Origin: Lama guanicoe
Taxonomy: Eukaryota
DNA: 64,000 nucleotides
NCBI GenBank assembly: GCA_013239625.1
Contig: MU054391.1
Coordinates: forward strand, 310,001 to 374,000
Direction: 5' to 3'
The position numbers and the translations under genes were made by a program. Below are positions 1 to 12,410 of this stretch, in pieces (the stretch's first letter is position 1; every line of letters begins with the position of its first letter). The notes under the pieces are model-generated. The model was not told the origin of the DNA. It saw nothing but the letters and a program-made list of their open reading frames with translations, and made no database searches.

Positions 1-1249
1 GTCGGCACGCGCAGCTCCCCTCTGAGAGCAAGCAGGCTACTAACACATGTTTGGAGGTAAGAGAAGACAACACCACCAGGTCCCCCTGCAGACGGCTGGG
101 GCCGCCTGACCCGTGTGAGGGCAGGCCACATCCTCCAGGGAAACGCGGACAATCCACTGCCTATTCAAAAAATACATTTCCTTATAAAATAGAGTAACAT
201 GTTGGACCCGACAAAGCCCTGGGAAGAGGTCTCATCAAACCCGGTGGTGTGGTGACCTCGTAGCTGGGCGAGCTGAAGGCTCCAGGAGGAAGGGGAGGCG
301 TCACTGCCGCTCTGAGGAGCAGCACGAACTTGAGAAGAGGTATGCGCCTGCACTTGTCTGCGAGAAGCAAACAGATGCACTTTCCCTCGCTGTGACTGCA
401 TCGTTTACAGGACGCCGAGTGGCCCAGTCCTCCACCCCAGCCGGAGCGCGAGCACGAGCCTCTGAGCCACCCCGCTGGGCGCGGGGTGCCAGCCCCCGCC
501 ACGCTGAGTCACAGCCGCCCCTGCCGCAGCTCTTCCCGGGCAGCGTGTCCAGCAGGAGAGGAAGCCTGTCCAGGTACTGAGCAAACCTAAGAGTCGCTGA
601 GGTGACGCTTTGGTCTTGAGCCGCTGACGTCTGCGGGAGGAGGTCAGACACCTGCCGGAGATCCGTAGTTTAATCCCAGAGCCCGGGGTGCTCTGACTTT
701 CTCGTTGAGGCTGGTTGAATGTGGGCTATTTGGTCAGTGAAATTATCAACTGAATGACACAGCATTTCTCTCTTACTTCCAGCTGCGGTCCTTCACAGCC
801 ACTTCGGTGAGGGCCTCTGTCCTTGTCACGCCTGCCTCGACCGTGTTGTGTCCTGAGGTCCAAGTGTGTCACAAATGTGTCATGTTTACTTATGAATGAA
901 TGGATGAATTGGCATATGGTCAGTGTCTTGCTGGGGTGTCAGACTCGCCAGTTTACCAACATTTTCTTCTCTCCATTCTTTTTCTACTTAGTATTCTATC
1001 CAGTGCTCCTGATACAGGTAATAACTAATTCTTATTTAGCAACTCACAGTTTACCAAACCCTTGATGTCCTCGCATTTTACCTGGACAAACCCCCGGCAC
1101 AGGCGTCAGCATCGTTCTCCCCTCAGCTGATGAGCTGAGGCTCAGGGAGCCGAAACGACTTCAGTGCAGACTGTGTGATTCGGCAGCGGGTAAATCTCCT
1201 GTCTTCTTCTGGTGCGACTGCGTTTAACACTAAGTTTACAGACGCTGTT

Positions 1250-2115
1250 TCAACAAGGCGCCACCTCACCTATCAGAAGGACCAAATGCAGACATTGACA
1301 GCACTGCGGGCCGGCGAGGATGTGGAAGGACGGGAACCGGCTCGCGGCTGGTGGGAACACAAAACAGCATCGATACTTGGAAGACAGTTTGGTGGCTTTT
1401 CACGGAGCTAAGCGCTCTTTTACCACACTACCCAGTAACCATGCCCCCTGGTGTTTACCGAAAGGAGCTTCAAAGTTACGTTCACACAGAAGCCTGAGCA
1501 CAGATGTTTATTGCAGTTTTATTCATAATTGCCAAAACCTGGACACGACCAAGATGTCCTTCAGCACATGAATGGAAAAGTAAACTGCGCAACATTCCAG
1601 ACATAATAACAGAATGTTATTCAGCACTAAAAAGAAAGGAGCTGCCTGCCCATGAAGAGACATGGAGGCACTTTATATTCACGTTAACTGAGTGAAAGGA
1701 CTGGATCTGAAAGGGCTATGATGCACGATGCCGACTCTGCAGCATTCTGAAAAGACAGAACCACAGAGACAGTAAAGAAAGTCAGTGGTGGCCGGGGGTT
1801 GCTGGGGGATGGACAGGTGGCAAGAGGGTTTCAGAGCCGGGCAGCCACTCCGGTAACACCGTCACGGTGGGTCCTTCTCATCACACGTGTCTATGCCCGC
1901 AGAATGCACGACAGCACGAGTAGACAGAGCCAGCTGTGGACTCGGTGGTGAGGACGCGTCCAGACAGGACGTGGCTGATCAGCTGTAACAGGACACTCCG
2001 GCTGGCGGGGGTGCTGATGACCGGGGAGCGTGCCACCAGCGGCTGTGCCTGAGCCCTCTGAACCTTCTTCCCAGGTTTCTGTGAACCCAAAGCTGCTCTG
2101 AAGAATAAAGTCTAG
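1250..2115 (+). mobile_element. Old LINE-1 3' end (L1MC-like)
   Basis: L1 ORF2-end and 3'UTR motifs: GATGTTTATTGCAGTTTTATTCATAATTGCCAAAACCTGGA, GAATGTTATTCAGCACTAAAAAGAA, and terminal GCTGCTCTGAAGAATAAAGTCT. Confidence 0.85.
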
Positions 2116-3279
2116 CATGATGGTCCCCTGCGTGAGGACAGACTGTCTCATCCGTGGGCACACGTATCTGTATCGTGTGTGTTATAGTTACATACGTGTA
2201 TATTACCCAGCCGCACAGACACACATGGCCGAGCAGTCTGCTGGCTAAGAGGTGAAGCCCTTGCTGAACAACTGACAGCCGCCCTGTGGTTCCCTCGTCC
2301 CCGGGCTGCAGGCTGCCCTCCTCACCTCTGCTAATGAGCAGAACGAGCCACAGTGCTGTTTCCCTAAAACGTGAACCCCAGCCCCCCAGCTTTATTCCAG
2401 GGCCTGGGGAGTGTCCTCCACGCGGGCGCTCACTCTGTCTGGGACCAATGTTCTCCGCTCTGGACCCACTGCAGGCCCGTCCCCCGAGGGCCGGGCTGCA
2501 TTTCTGTCTCTTGTCACCGTCACATCTGCAGACGCTGGGCCTCCGACTGGAGCACCCGCACTGTCCTGACGCCACAGTGCTCATTTGCGCATTGTCTGCA
2601 CACATTGTTGGCGTGCAGCTGGCCACATTATCCGCACAGCCCAGCAGGCAAAGCAAAACTGCACCCAGGCTATGCTGATAAGCTGCTCATTCCCTCAGCC
2701 TGGGCTGTGAGAAGCCAGAATAAGGAACGGGAGGAGTCACCAGTGGGCGGGAGCTGAGTCACGCTGGTCCCGAGGACCCGCAGAGACACCTGCCGCTCCA
2801 GGAAGCACTCGTGCGAACAGCGCTGCCCTCCCGACCTCAGCCTCTCCAGGTGAGGCGGGCTGAGCTCTGCCTACAGCCACCAACGTCCAGTAGGAGATGG
2901 ATGCCCAGAGGACTGTGCCCACGTGGGCCCTCCCGCCACCGCCTCCCTGCCGCCTGCACCCTCCCGGCTGGAGGCAGGGCCTCCGTTTCCCCACCTGGCC
3001 ATCCACATATTTCAGCATCTTTGACAAACAGCTCGCCTTCATGGTACATATGGTTTTTGGTTTTTTTATTGTTTGGTTTTTACTTCTGACTTATTCTAAC
3101 TTCTTCTGATCTAAGGGCGGGATGACAAATGTGCATTAATCATCCTGACCGGGGACAGTCCAGTCTCACGCCCGGACGCAGAGCTGGGGCCAGGCTGACC
3201 GCAGGGAGGAACTCAATTACGTGGGGTCTGCAAGATCCGTGACACAGAGGGCCCTGCTGCTAAAAAGGTGCCTTTCCTT

Positions 3280-3720
3280 CTTTCTTTTTTTCCCAGTGTT
3301 TTTTATTGACAAAATACATGTAGCATAAGATTTACTATTTTACCCGTTTTTAGGCGTACAGTTCAGTTGGTGAGAATGTAACCAGTGCAACCACTTTGGA
3401 AAACAATATGGAGGTTCCTCAAAAATATGAAAAAGAGAACTACCGTGTGCTCCAGCAACCCCCCTGCTGGGTGTGTGATCAGATAAAATCACTCTCTGCA
3501 CAAGACATCTGCACCCCGTGTTCACGACAGGCGAGAGACGGTAACAACCTAAGTGTCTGGTGGTGGATGAACGGATGAAAAACGTGTGTGTGTATATGGT
3601 GGCATGTTCTTCACCCTTAAAGATACAGGAAGCCCTGCCGTTTGCAACAACGTGGGTATCCTGACTATGCTAACTGAAGTCAGCTGGACGCAGAGGACAA
3701 CGTGCAGGGTCTCACTGACA
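3280..3720. mobile_element. LINE-1 (L1MA/L1MB-like) with internal inversion
   Basis: 3280-3368 is a T-rich tail plus L1 3' terminus on -. 3369-3720 is L1 ORF2-end/UTR on + (CCACTTTGGAAAACAATATGGAGGTTCCTCAAAAA). Confidence 0.75.
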
Positions 3721-4608
3721 AGAGACCACCTTCCTCATTGTTTTCGCTGTGGTAAATGCATCACACACTTGACGAAGTGGAAGAACTGACTTTATAGAGA
3801 CATTTAACCTAAATTTCCTGGAAGTCTCCTGTGCGTCTCCAAGTTTCTACCACAGGCAATGACGTCACCCCAGTACGGTGGGACCCTGAGCGGTTCTGTC
3901 ACAGGAGCTCCGAGATCCGCTGTGGGACGTTTCCAATTGGATCAAACCAAACAGTCCACAAGCTGCTGCGCTGCATGACCCACAGCCCCGGGGGGGAGGT
4001 TTGGGAGCTGCCTTGAGATCTCCGCCACATCCAGCAAAACCCACAAACAGCACTGAAAATGGAAAGTATTTCCGCCATCTATTAAAATGCTCGAAACACT
4101 TAACGCACACATTACTTTTTAAGAAACCAGTCAGAAACAGCAGAATCACCAGTGGAAGCACACGGTGCGCATCCAGGTGCTTCCTTGCGAGCGGAGGGTG
4201 CGTGCGCGGCCGTCAGGAGCAGGTTCCAGAATCAGCCCCAGCTCAGCCACTTACCTCCTAGCCGGCCCCGCAGGGAGACCTGTGCCCACGCGTGTGAAAG
4301 GGGCATTACACGTGTGGCTTATGCGCGTCATCGAGGGGAGGGAGTTAATCCACACCCAGCGCGGCGCTGCCCCAGAACCGCTCAACGCACAGCCATGGCC
4401 TCGCAGTCCAAGTCCCGTCCAGGATCTTCCCGGCCCTTGAATTCTAACCTGTCATTCTTCAGCCCAGGTGAGGATCACAGCCCCAGGCCTCTGGGGCGTC
4501 CCTGGGGACTTACACGCTCATGTCACGGTTTATTCCCGTTCCGCTAATTCTGAAATAGCTCAGACTTGAGGACTCCAGAGGAGCGGTCGGAGTTTATTTC
4601 CAATTCTT

Positions 4609-4610
<2 letters not shown>

Positions 4611-4642
<32 letters not shown>
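4611..4642. repeat. (CA)16 microsatellite
   Basis: Direct reading. Confidence 0.95.
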
Positions 4643-4644
<2 letters not shown>

Positions 4645-5279
4645 GGTCCTGCAGCGGAGAACAGCCTTGTTCTTGAAACACACGTGGACGACCCAGGACT
4701 GGGATTTACTGGGCGCTTTGCCCCAGCCTCACACCAAGCACCATCTCCTTCCCTTCTCAGAAGCAAAACCCAAGTGTATCCCTTTTCTGAGGCCGAGCCC
4801 TTGCCTGTCATCTCGGTCTCCCAGTGCTGATCAACACTCTGTCCCCAGATGTCTCCTAGTCCAAGTGCCCTGATAGCTTTTTCCTCAACAGAAGTGTTCT
4901 CATTCTTTTTCTTCTTATTAAATGAATACAATAGCCAGTAGAAATGTGAGAAAAGGCTTTCAAGCACCGGATTTCCAAAAATGACAACTAAAACAATAGT
5001 AGAATCTTCCTTTTCCAGGCAAATTGGTGAAGGAGGGAAAGGACCCCTTGCTGTGTGTTCATTGGTGGGATGTCCAGGGTGAGCTTTTGGAAAGACCACC
5101 TAAAAATGTGTGCTGATAATTTTAAAAATATGTGCATCAGTGCCAGAAAATTTTTGTAAGGAAAAGAAAATTTGAGAAGAAGCAAATATGCATGTTTAAG
5201 GATAATCTTTACAGCAATCTTAAAAATTGAGGGAAAAACCTGGAAACAAAATAATTCTCAGTTAGCAGAAGAGCAGTCA

Positions 5280-5600
5280 GGTAGATTATGATAAATCCAC
5301 AAGTAGAATTCTATGAACACCCAAAACCGTAATTATAGGTTGACTTACTTGGAAGCATGCTGGCAATATTCTGTTGAGTGAAAAAGAAAGGTTTACAAAA
5401 GAGGAAAACAGCAGTATCCTATTTTTGAAAACTATAAAGTACACAAACTGAGAAACCTGGAAGAACACATACTAAATAGCTAAGAACAATTATTTCTGGG
5501 TGATGAGATAAATGGATGATTTAATGTAGTTTACTTCTGTTAAGTTTTAAATATTCTGTAATGAACATAAAGTACTTTTACAAGGAGAAAAAGTATTTTT
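5280..5600 (+). mobile_element. Old L1ME-like 3' UTR fragment
   Basis: A-rich. Motifs TATTCTGTTGAGTGAAAAAG, TTATTTCTGGGTGATGAGAT and TTCTGTAATGAACATA are typical of L1ME 3' ends. Confidence 0.55.
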
Positions 5601-7319
5601 CCCTTAAAAGAATAAACACATATTGCAGCAAGGTGCACCAATTTTAACATATTGTATCAATTTTTCTGACATTACAATAAATACCCCCAAAATCCGAGTC
5701 CCCTCTTCAATGTCAGAATTTTCCCGTTTTGTCTGAAAGAATAATGGCAAGCATCACTGTCTAGGAGAGCCCAGCGCACGCGAACTCACGCTGCCTCCCA
5801 AGGTGAGCTGTAGGCTCAGGGGCCACACTGTTTCTGCGGCCTCCCCAGGGAGTTTACCTTGGCAGAAATCAGAACCTAGGGCTCTCAGGTTTAACCACTT
5901 GAACGAGTGGGCGCCAGCCGTGCTGCGCAGGCTCAGTCTTCACAGAGACTCACTGCGCCTGCCCCTCGCTCCTTCCGTCGCTGGGTCTCCGCGGGGTGCA
6001 TTCGCCGTCCTTCGTGGTCATTTCTTGAGCGTCAGCGTGTGGGTGGGGACACTCGGGGGCTGGGACGATGCTGCTGCCCCGGGCCCTCGTTCAGGGGCCT
6101 GGGTTCTGGGAGGGGGTCCTCCACCGCACCTGCCGTTCTCCCCCCACCACCCCACCCCAGGGAGAGACTGGGCCCGGGGTACCGGTCGCCGGGTGGGGGC
6201 TGGGGGCCCGCCTGCGGGAGGGAACAGTTGCCTTCTCTCTTCTTCCTTTTCTCCTTCTTCTTCTAAGAAATTGCTTTCCCTTGGTGCCCAGAAAGCTAGA
6301 GCTCATGGTTCTGGAAACGATCATCATCCACACGCTTAGGGTCTGTGCTTTGTCAAGACTCTTAGCGTTTGCTTCCATGAAACCTGTTAGAAATTTTGCT
6401 TTTGATGAAAGGTTTTTAAAAAGTCACTTTTAAGTGGAAGATTTTAGACTCACATGGTATTTAGAAGTAGAGTCTCTCACTGATGTGGAATGCGTAAAGA
6501 GTATGGTCCTGTAGGTTTCATGGAGTGTTCGTCATTCGTTTCAGTCAAGGGGAACTGAAGGTCTTCTGCCTTTCGATGGCTCTCAGCTCTTTGTGGCTCT
6601 GGGGGCAGACAACGGGGCAGGCGAGCTGTGTTCACGCTCCCAGGCCCCTGAGCCCCCAGCCCTCTGGCCTCAGATGCACGTGGGGGCCTGAGGGTCCCTG
6701 TGGGGAGAAGAGTGGGAGCCCTTTCACACAGTAAGCTGAATGCTGCGCCTAAGCGCCTGCTCTTCCCCGGACCCTGCTGATTTCAAAGGATGCCAGGTGC
6801 TGACTGGGGGGCAAACTAGCATTTAACCGGGAATCTGCCTCAAAACCTTGCAGGAAACAAACAGTTACCCGCTCTCCTTTCTGTCTCTTCAAGACCTCTC
6901 TTGCTTTTCGTTCGATTTTGGAATATATGCAGCTCTGTAAAAAACCGAGTTTTTATAAAACATTTGGCAAAATGTGGATTTCTTGCAAAATTACTGGAAA
7001 GGTTACCAAGACAAGAGTTATTTAACTCCCTTGTGGGCTGATTTTGTTTTGCTTTGTTTTGTTTTCGAGTGTTTCGACACTTATTTGGGCGGACTGGTTC
7101 AGTTTGTTTTCTCAGAGTACTCCTGGGAGAGGCGGGTCATTAGCTGGCAAGTGGGACTGGACGAGGAGAAACTTGGGGTTCGTGGCACTTTACGATGGCC
7201 CAGGTGTCTGGTGGACGGGGTCAGCGGTGGTGCGGTTGGTGGTGGGCCTGGCAGTGCGGTCAGCAGAGCTGGAGGCACCACAAGAATCTCAGCTGCAGGC
7301 GCCCTCTGCTGTCAGAGCC

Positions 7320-7455
7320 TCCCTCCATCCCCTCTCCATCGCCCCTCTATCCCCCTTGATCCCTCTCTCTCCCCCTCCCTCCCCATCTATCCTCCCCTCC
7401 ATCCCCCCACAGCCCGATCCCCATCTGCCCTCCACCCCCTCCATCCCCTCTTCAT
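7320..7455. repeat. Low-complexity C/T-rich tract (CCCTCCATC-like units)
   Basis: About 135 bp, predominantly C/T on +. Confidence 0.85.
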
Positions 7456-9599
7456 CACTTCTGCATGTTAAGGAACAGCTTCATTCATTCTTTCTTAGGA
7501 TTTTGAGTATCGTTGTAATGCAACTCCCTGTCCCCAGTTCATCTTTGAAAGGGTGGAGAGGCTCCAACCGAAAAAAGTAAGAATCAAGGACAAACTCAAA
7601 ATTGAAGCCTCCAGCGAGGCCCCAACCCGACATGCAGTGGGCGTGTTGTTGGCGAGGACATGCACCCAGCTCGCCGCAGACGGGCCACAGGTGCCACCCA
7701 GTGAGACACGTCCTCGCTCTGCACCCACTGTCACAGGTGCAAAGTGAAAGGAGGTCGCCTCTCCCTGACAGTTCTCACCTGGTAAAGACAGGGGTGTCTG
7801 CCAAACATTGTGGCCCAGGTGACTCGACTTGGGCAGACTGTCTACAGCGCCTTACGTCCACGCCGCTCCCTCATAAAGACCCTGCCATCTAACTGACCTT
7901 CTCGTCTCTCAACACCTCCTTCTATTTGGAAGTAGATGTTCTGGTTCACTGGGAGGAATATCAAACATCAGCTCTATGCACTCTCTATGCACTCTCATAT
8001 CTAGAGAGACATCTCTAGATATGAATATTTGCCACCTTACACAGACAGAGAAGCCAAGACTCTGGTTTGTTTACTGTAACTCTATTTTATTATCCCCAAC
8101 TCTGATTGCTACTTGAGCAATTGGGCCTGAAGAGACAGAAAATCATCTTTTATTAGGTTCAAGATTGTGCTAATGGAAGTGACCACGTGCCCCCCTGGAC
8201 AGTGATTTATCCATTCATGAAGAATAAATTAGAATTGCCAAAGCCATGCTACTAATGAGTCAAAACAAGGAGTTTACGTCTTCCTCACCTCTTAGAGCCT
8301 TGGACCATTTCATGCCTGCAGAATGTCAGACCTCCAGGCCACAACTCTGAAAGAGGGCCCTGGTCCCGGGACAGGCAGGTTCCCCACGTCAGGAACACTG
8401 GAGCACCAGCGATGGATCTGCAGGAGGCAGTTGAAGGCGGGGCAGCTCTGAGTAACTGCTGAAAGCAGCGGACCTCTCTTTCTGCACTTCCTAATCTGTG
8501 TATTTTCTTTGAAAGATGCCAAGAATGACACAGCTGCATCCTCTTAAGACATTTATGTCCATGGAAATGAGGTGGGCTTTCAAAGTTTAATTATGGAACA
8601 TACTGAAGACACATCTAAATAAGGGAAATGAGTCTTCTAAAAAAGACCTTCTTTAAAAGTTGTACAAATGAAAAGACACAGGAAGGCTGGGGTCTGAGTC
8701 AGGTGGGCAGCCCCAGGGGTGCAGGATGGACTCACCTCATCTGTGTCCCGGGGAAGGTGGCAGGTCCTTGAGTCTGACAGCTGGTGTCTGGACACCAGTG
8801 CCAACCGTGGTTCACTTCCAGGGCTGCTGGACTTCGTAAACGGCCCTCTGCTGACATGTGGAGCTGCAGTACCCACCTTCAAGTATCAGTGAGAGGAATG
8901 AAGAACAAAATGTTTCAAGGGGTGCTCAAATGGAGTTGCCATTGCTCTGTTGAGAGTCAGTGGTTTTCCGGCCCCTGATTTCTCCCAGGAAAACGCTGGG
9001 CTCTGTCACGGCTGCTCTGGGCAGGCAACTTCCCACACATGCTACACTCCTCACTCCCAACTAAGGGACGACACACGACCTGGGAGCACGCTGGGTACAG
9101 GGGAGGAGGTCCTCACAGTAAAGGCAAATGGGTAATGTGATGCGTCTGCCCCACACAGAGCTCAGAGTCCCAGCACACACAGGCCAGTCGCCACCCCCAC
9201 CTCCAGCTCAGAGGAAGCACCTCTGCCAGGGCCCTCTGAGAGCTTCTTCCACAAGACCGAAGCTGCCAGGTAACCCTGATGTCCTCAAGGACGGGAACGG
9301 CCCTAGTGGCTGTCCACCCCATCACCAGCTTGGGTGGGTCAGAGGCAGGCATGAGGAAACATCTGGCAAATCCAACACAAGGCAACGAGGGGCAGCTCCA
9401 TTCCAGGCAGTGCTCAGGGCTCCCCGCAGTGGGCTACATAGCTGTTGGCCAGCCTCCTGCCAGCCTGGCATCACCCGGCCACCACAGAGACAGCAGTGGG
9501 CTCTTCCTTCACTGGCTGCCCAGCGGGGCTGCAGATGTCCTGGATCCTGAGGGACAGTCTCAGCCAGAACACCTCCTACCAGCAGTACAGATACCGGAG

Positions 9600-12150
9600 G
9601 AGGAATTGATGAACTTTAAGACGTCTGTGATTAGTATGTGCAAGAATTGGTAAAACAATGAACTTTAGCAGAGGGCTGGAAGCTATAGAAAGACTCCTGG
9701 GAATTCTAGAATTAAAAAATCAGTAGCTGAAACCAGTAACAAACTTGCCAGAAGGGACAGTTAGTGAAGTAGACAGTAAGAGGTGAGCCTCAGAGCAAAG
9801 CACAGAGAGACACAGGAGAGAATCCGTAAGAACAAAGTGCAGGACCTGCTGAACTTGCAGTCGGGCTCTGGAGGGAAAGGAGCCCTGGATGGAGAGAAGT
9901 AATCACTGAACAGATGAAAAGTCTCCAGAGCTGATGAGAGACATCAAGCTGCAGATTTGAGAATCCCATGACCCCCCACTCAGAATAAGCATGAAAGAAT
10001 AAAGAAATAATATTCCAGAACAAACAAAGACAATCAGAAAATCTTAAAAGCAGCCTGGAAAAGAAAAGACATGCCGTTTTACAAAAACAGAAACTGAGAC
10101 CGATAGCTAACTTTCTGACCAAAGAAGCCAGAAGCTTCTGCATAAGAGTGTCTCCAAAAATAATAAAAGCAGATAAATGTGAGTGAAGATTCTATAGGCA
10201 GTGAATGCGTCTTGCTAAAATAAAGGGGAATATAGCAAATTTATTTAAAAGGAGTGGGGCAGGAATTGAAAGGGAATATGAAAAGTTAGAAAAACCTTGT
10301 CAGTTGCCTGAGAGATACTGATTTCCAGTACAAGGGTGTTACTTCAAGTTAAATGCTAGGAGGGAGATCACTTACTGAGAACCAGGGGACAGCGTTCAAA
10401 ATAGAGGGAATCAGAGGGTATTGGGTGAGATTACTGGGATAAAGCACACAATACACAGAAATACAAACCTTTCTATAAACTGAATGGCAAGCGGGGAGCA
10501 CGGAGGGCAGAGAATAAGCTGAGGCAGAGACTGTGAAAGGCAGGTGTCACATAAACACAACGTAAAATGGAACAAGAGATTCAGATTGAAACACCAGCTT
10601 CAGTAAATGTACGTGTGCTTAATGCACTTACTGAAAACGTTTTAGGTTGACTAACAGGGCAAAATCCAAAACTATTTTGTACATAAGCAACACACCTTAA
10701 ACAAAAGGTTAAAAAAAAAGCTCTAAAAGGAAGGGTTAGAACAGAGCGGTGAGTGTCAGTGGTACGAAGTGGGCCTCACTGTTTTCATCTGTGATGGGGC
10801 AGGGTTGTGCAGGAGCCCTAAGAGACGAGGAAGGATGTGCTCTGACTCTGAGGATTCAGCTCTTGATAATTACAACCCAAGGATGGAGCAGAACCTGCCA
10901 CAGGCCGGAAACTGCAGGAGACCTGCGGGGGAACAGGAGGAAACGCAGGCAATTCTCTCAATCCGAGACAGGCACTGACGTTGAAGACTTTGTGTAAGTG
11001 TGTTCGTCAAAATCAAGGTGATCAGGAAGACACTTGCACGGGTAGGTGGAGAATTCTGGTCCCTGACACTGGAGAACACAGCTTTGCTTCAAGTGCACAA
11101 GGAACGTTCTTAGAAGTTTGATCACAAAGAAAACCTACACAATCTCAGAGGAGACTTCAAAAAATTTCAAGGAAAAGAAACGAATACCGGATTTAAAACG
11201 TCAGGTAACGGACCACGAAAGAGCGAGAGACGGGACAAGCCCGCGCGGCGCGGGGGTGGCGCCCCGCGCGGGCTGTTTGCCCGCATTTCCGCGTGTCTGT
11301 CGAGGGGAGGCGCCAGAGAGCGCGGGCCCGGCCCGAGGCTCAGCCGCGCGTCCCCAGCGCCGGCTCCCCAGGCCCCGGGCGCGCCCGCCTCGGGGGCTCC
11401 AGTTCCGACACCCGGACCCCCCCCCCCCCCCGGCCCGCCCGGCCGGCGCGGCGCTGGGTCGCCTTGCCGCGCGTCAGGGACGCGGCTGCCAGCGCCTCGG
11501 GCTAAATTCTCTCCTAAAGCAAATACAAAACAAACAAAAGGAGAAAGCAAGCGCGGGTCAGAATCAGCCACGCAGGGAGGAATCAATGAATTACAACACA
11601 AAGAGCAGAACGAATGTCGGAGAGATACATCTTCATGAAAACCAACCAAATAGGCAAAACTCACAAGCTAACTCAATCAAGAAGAGGAGAAAAACAAGTA
11701 AATTAACTTAGAAATGACAAGGAAAAAACCCCCATAAATCAGCAGAAAAATTTAAAATCCAGGAAACCTGTTGTGCAACTTTATACGTATAAAATGTGAA
11801 CACTAAAATAGGTAAAAATTTCCCTTTGTAGCTCTATGAATTTGACCGTAGTGGTCAGAAAGTTTAAACTAACAGCTTTAAAAGAAGTTGATACAGAGCT
11901 TTCCTGTAGAAGACAAAACTCCCGGATAGTCCAACAGGCAAATTCTATCAAATTTCATAAACGGGGTTATCCCAGTGCCGCTTAAATTATTCTGGAGCAC
12001 AGGGGAAAAGGGAAGCCTCCCATCTGTCTTTATTAGGGGGGAAACATTGACTCCAGAAACAAAGAGTGAAATAAAACAACTGCGAATCACTTTCCTTTAT
12101 GATGCAAAAAAGTGAGCTGTTTGCAAAAGAACGCAGCACATTAAAATACA
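9600..12150 (+). mobile_element. Degenerate L1M, ORF1 to ORF2 (endonuclease/early RT) region
   Basis: ORF1-like AGAAAATCTTAAAAGCAGCC at ~10036. ORF2-like segments at 10600-10720, 11100-11220 and 11500-12110 (GGCAAATTCTATCAAATTT). Interrupted by the GC peak. Confidence 0.75.
11230..11500. promoter_or_regulatory. Short CpG island / GC peak embedded in an old L1
   Basis: About 270 bp that are nearly all G/C with dense CpG and a long C run, flanked on both sides by A-rich L1-like sequence. Confidence 0.7.
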
Positions 12151-12178
12151 GTCCTTCTTTAACGCAGTCACTCGAGCA

Positions 12179-12410
12179 GAGTGGTCCCTGAACTGTAGTC
12201 CGGGGTCCTGAGGTCCCTGAGACACCTAAGGGAGTCTTGAGGCCAACACCGCTTTCAGAACAGTGCGCGGGTGCTGCTTTTCCTACTCCGCTGATACTAC
12301 TCTGACAGTGAGACAAAAACAAAAGCAAGCAAAACCCAACCTCACAAAGGAAGGGTGGGGAGAACGGCCGGCGCCTTAGTGCGAAGGAGGCAGCGGTCCC
12401 AACCATGGGG
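12179..12410 (+). mobile_element. hAT-Charlie DNA transposon fragment (Charlie1-like)
   Basis: AGTGGTCCCTGAACTGTAGTCC...GTCCCTGAGACACC and GCCGGCGCCTTAGTGCGAAGGAGGCAGCGG resemble the remembered Charlie1 terminal region. Confidence 0.5.
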
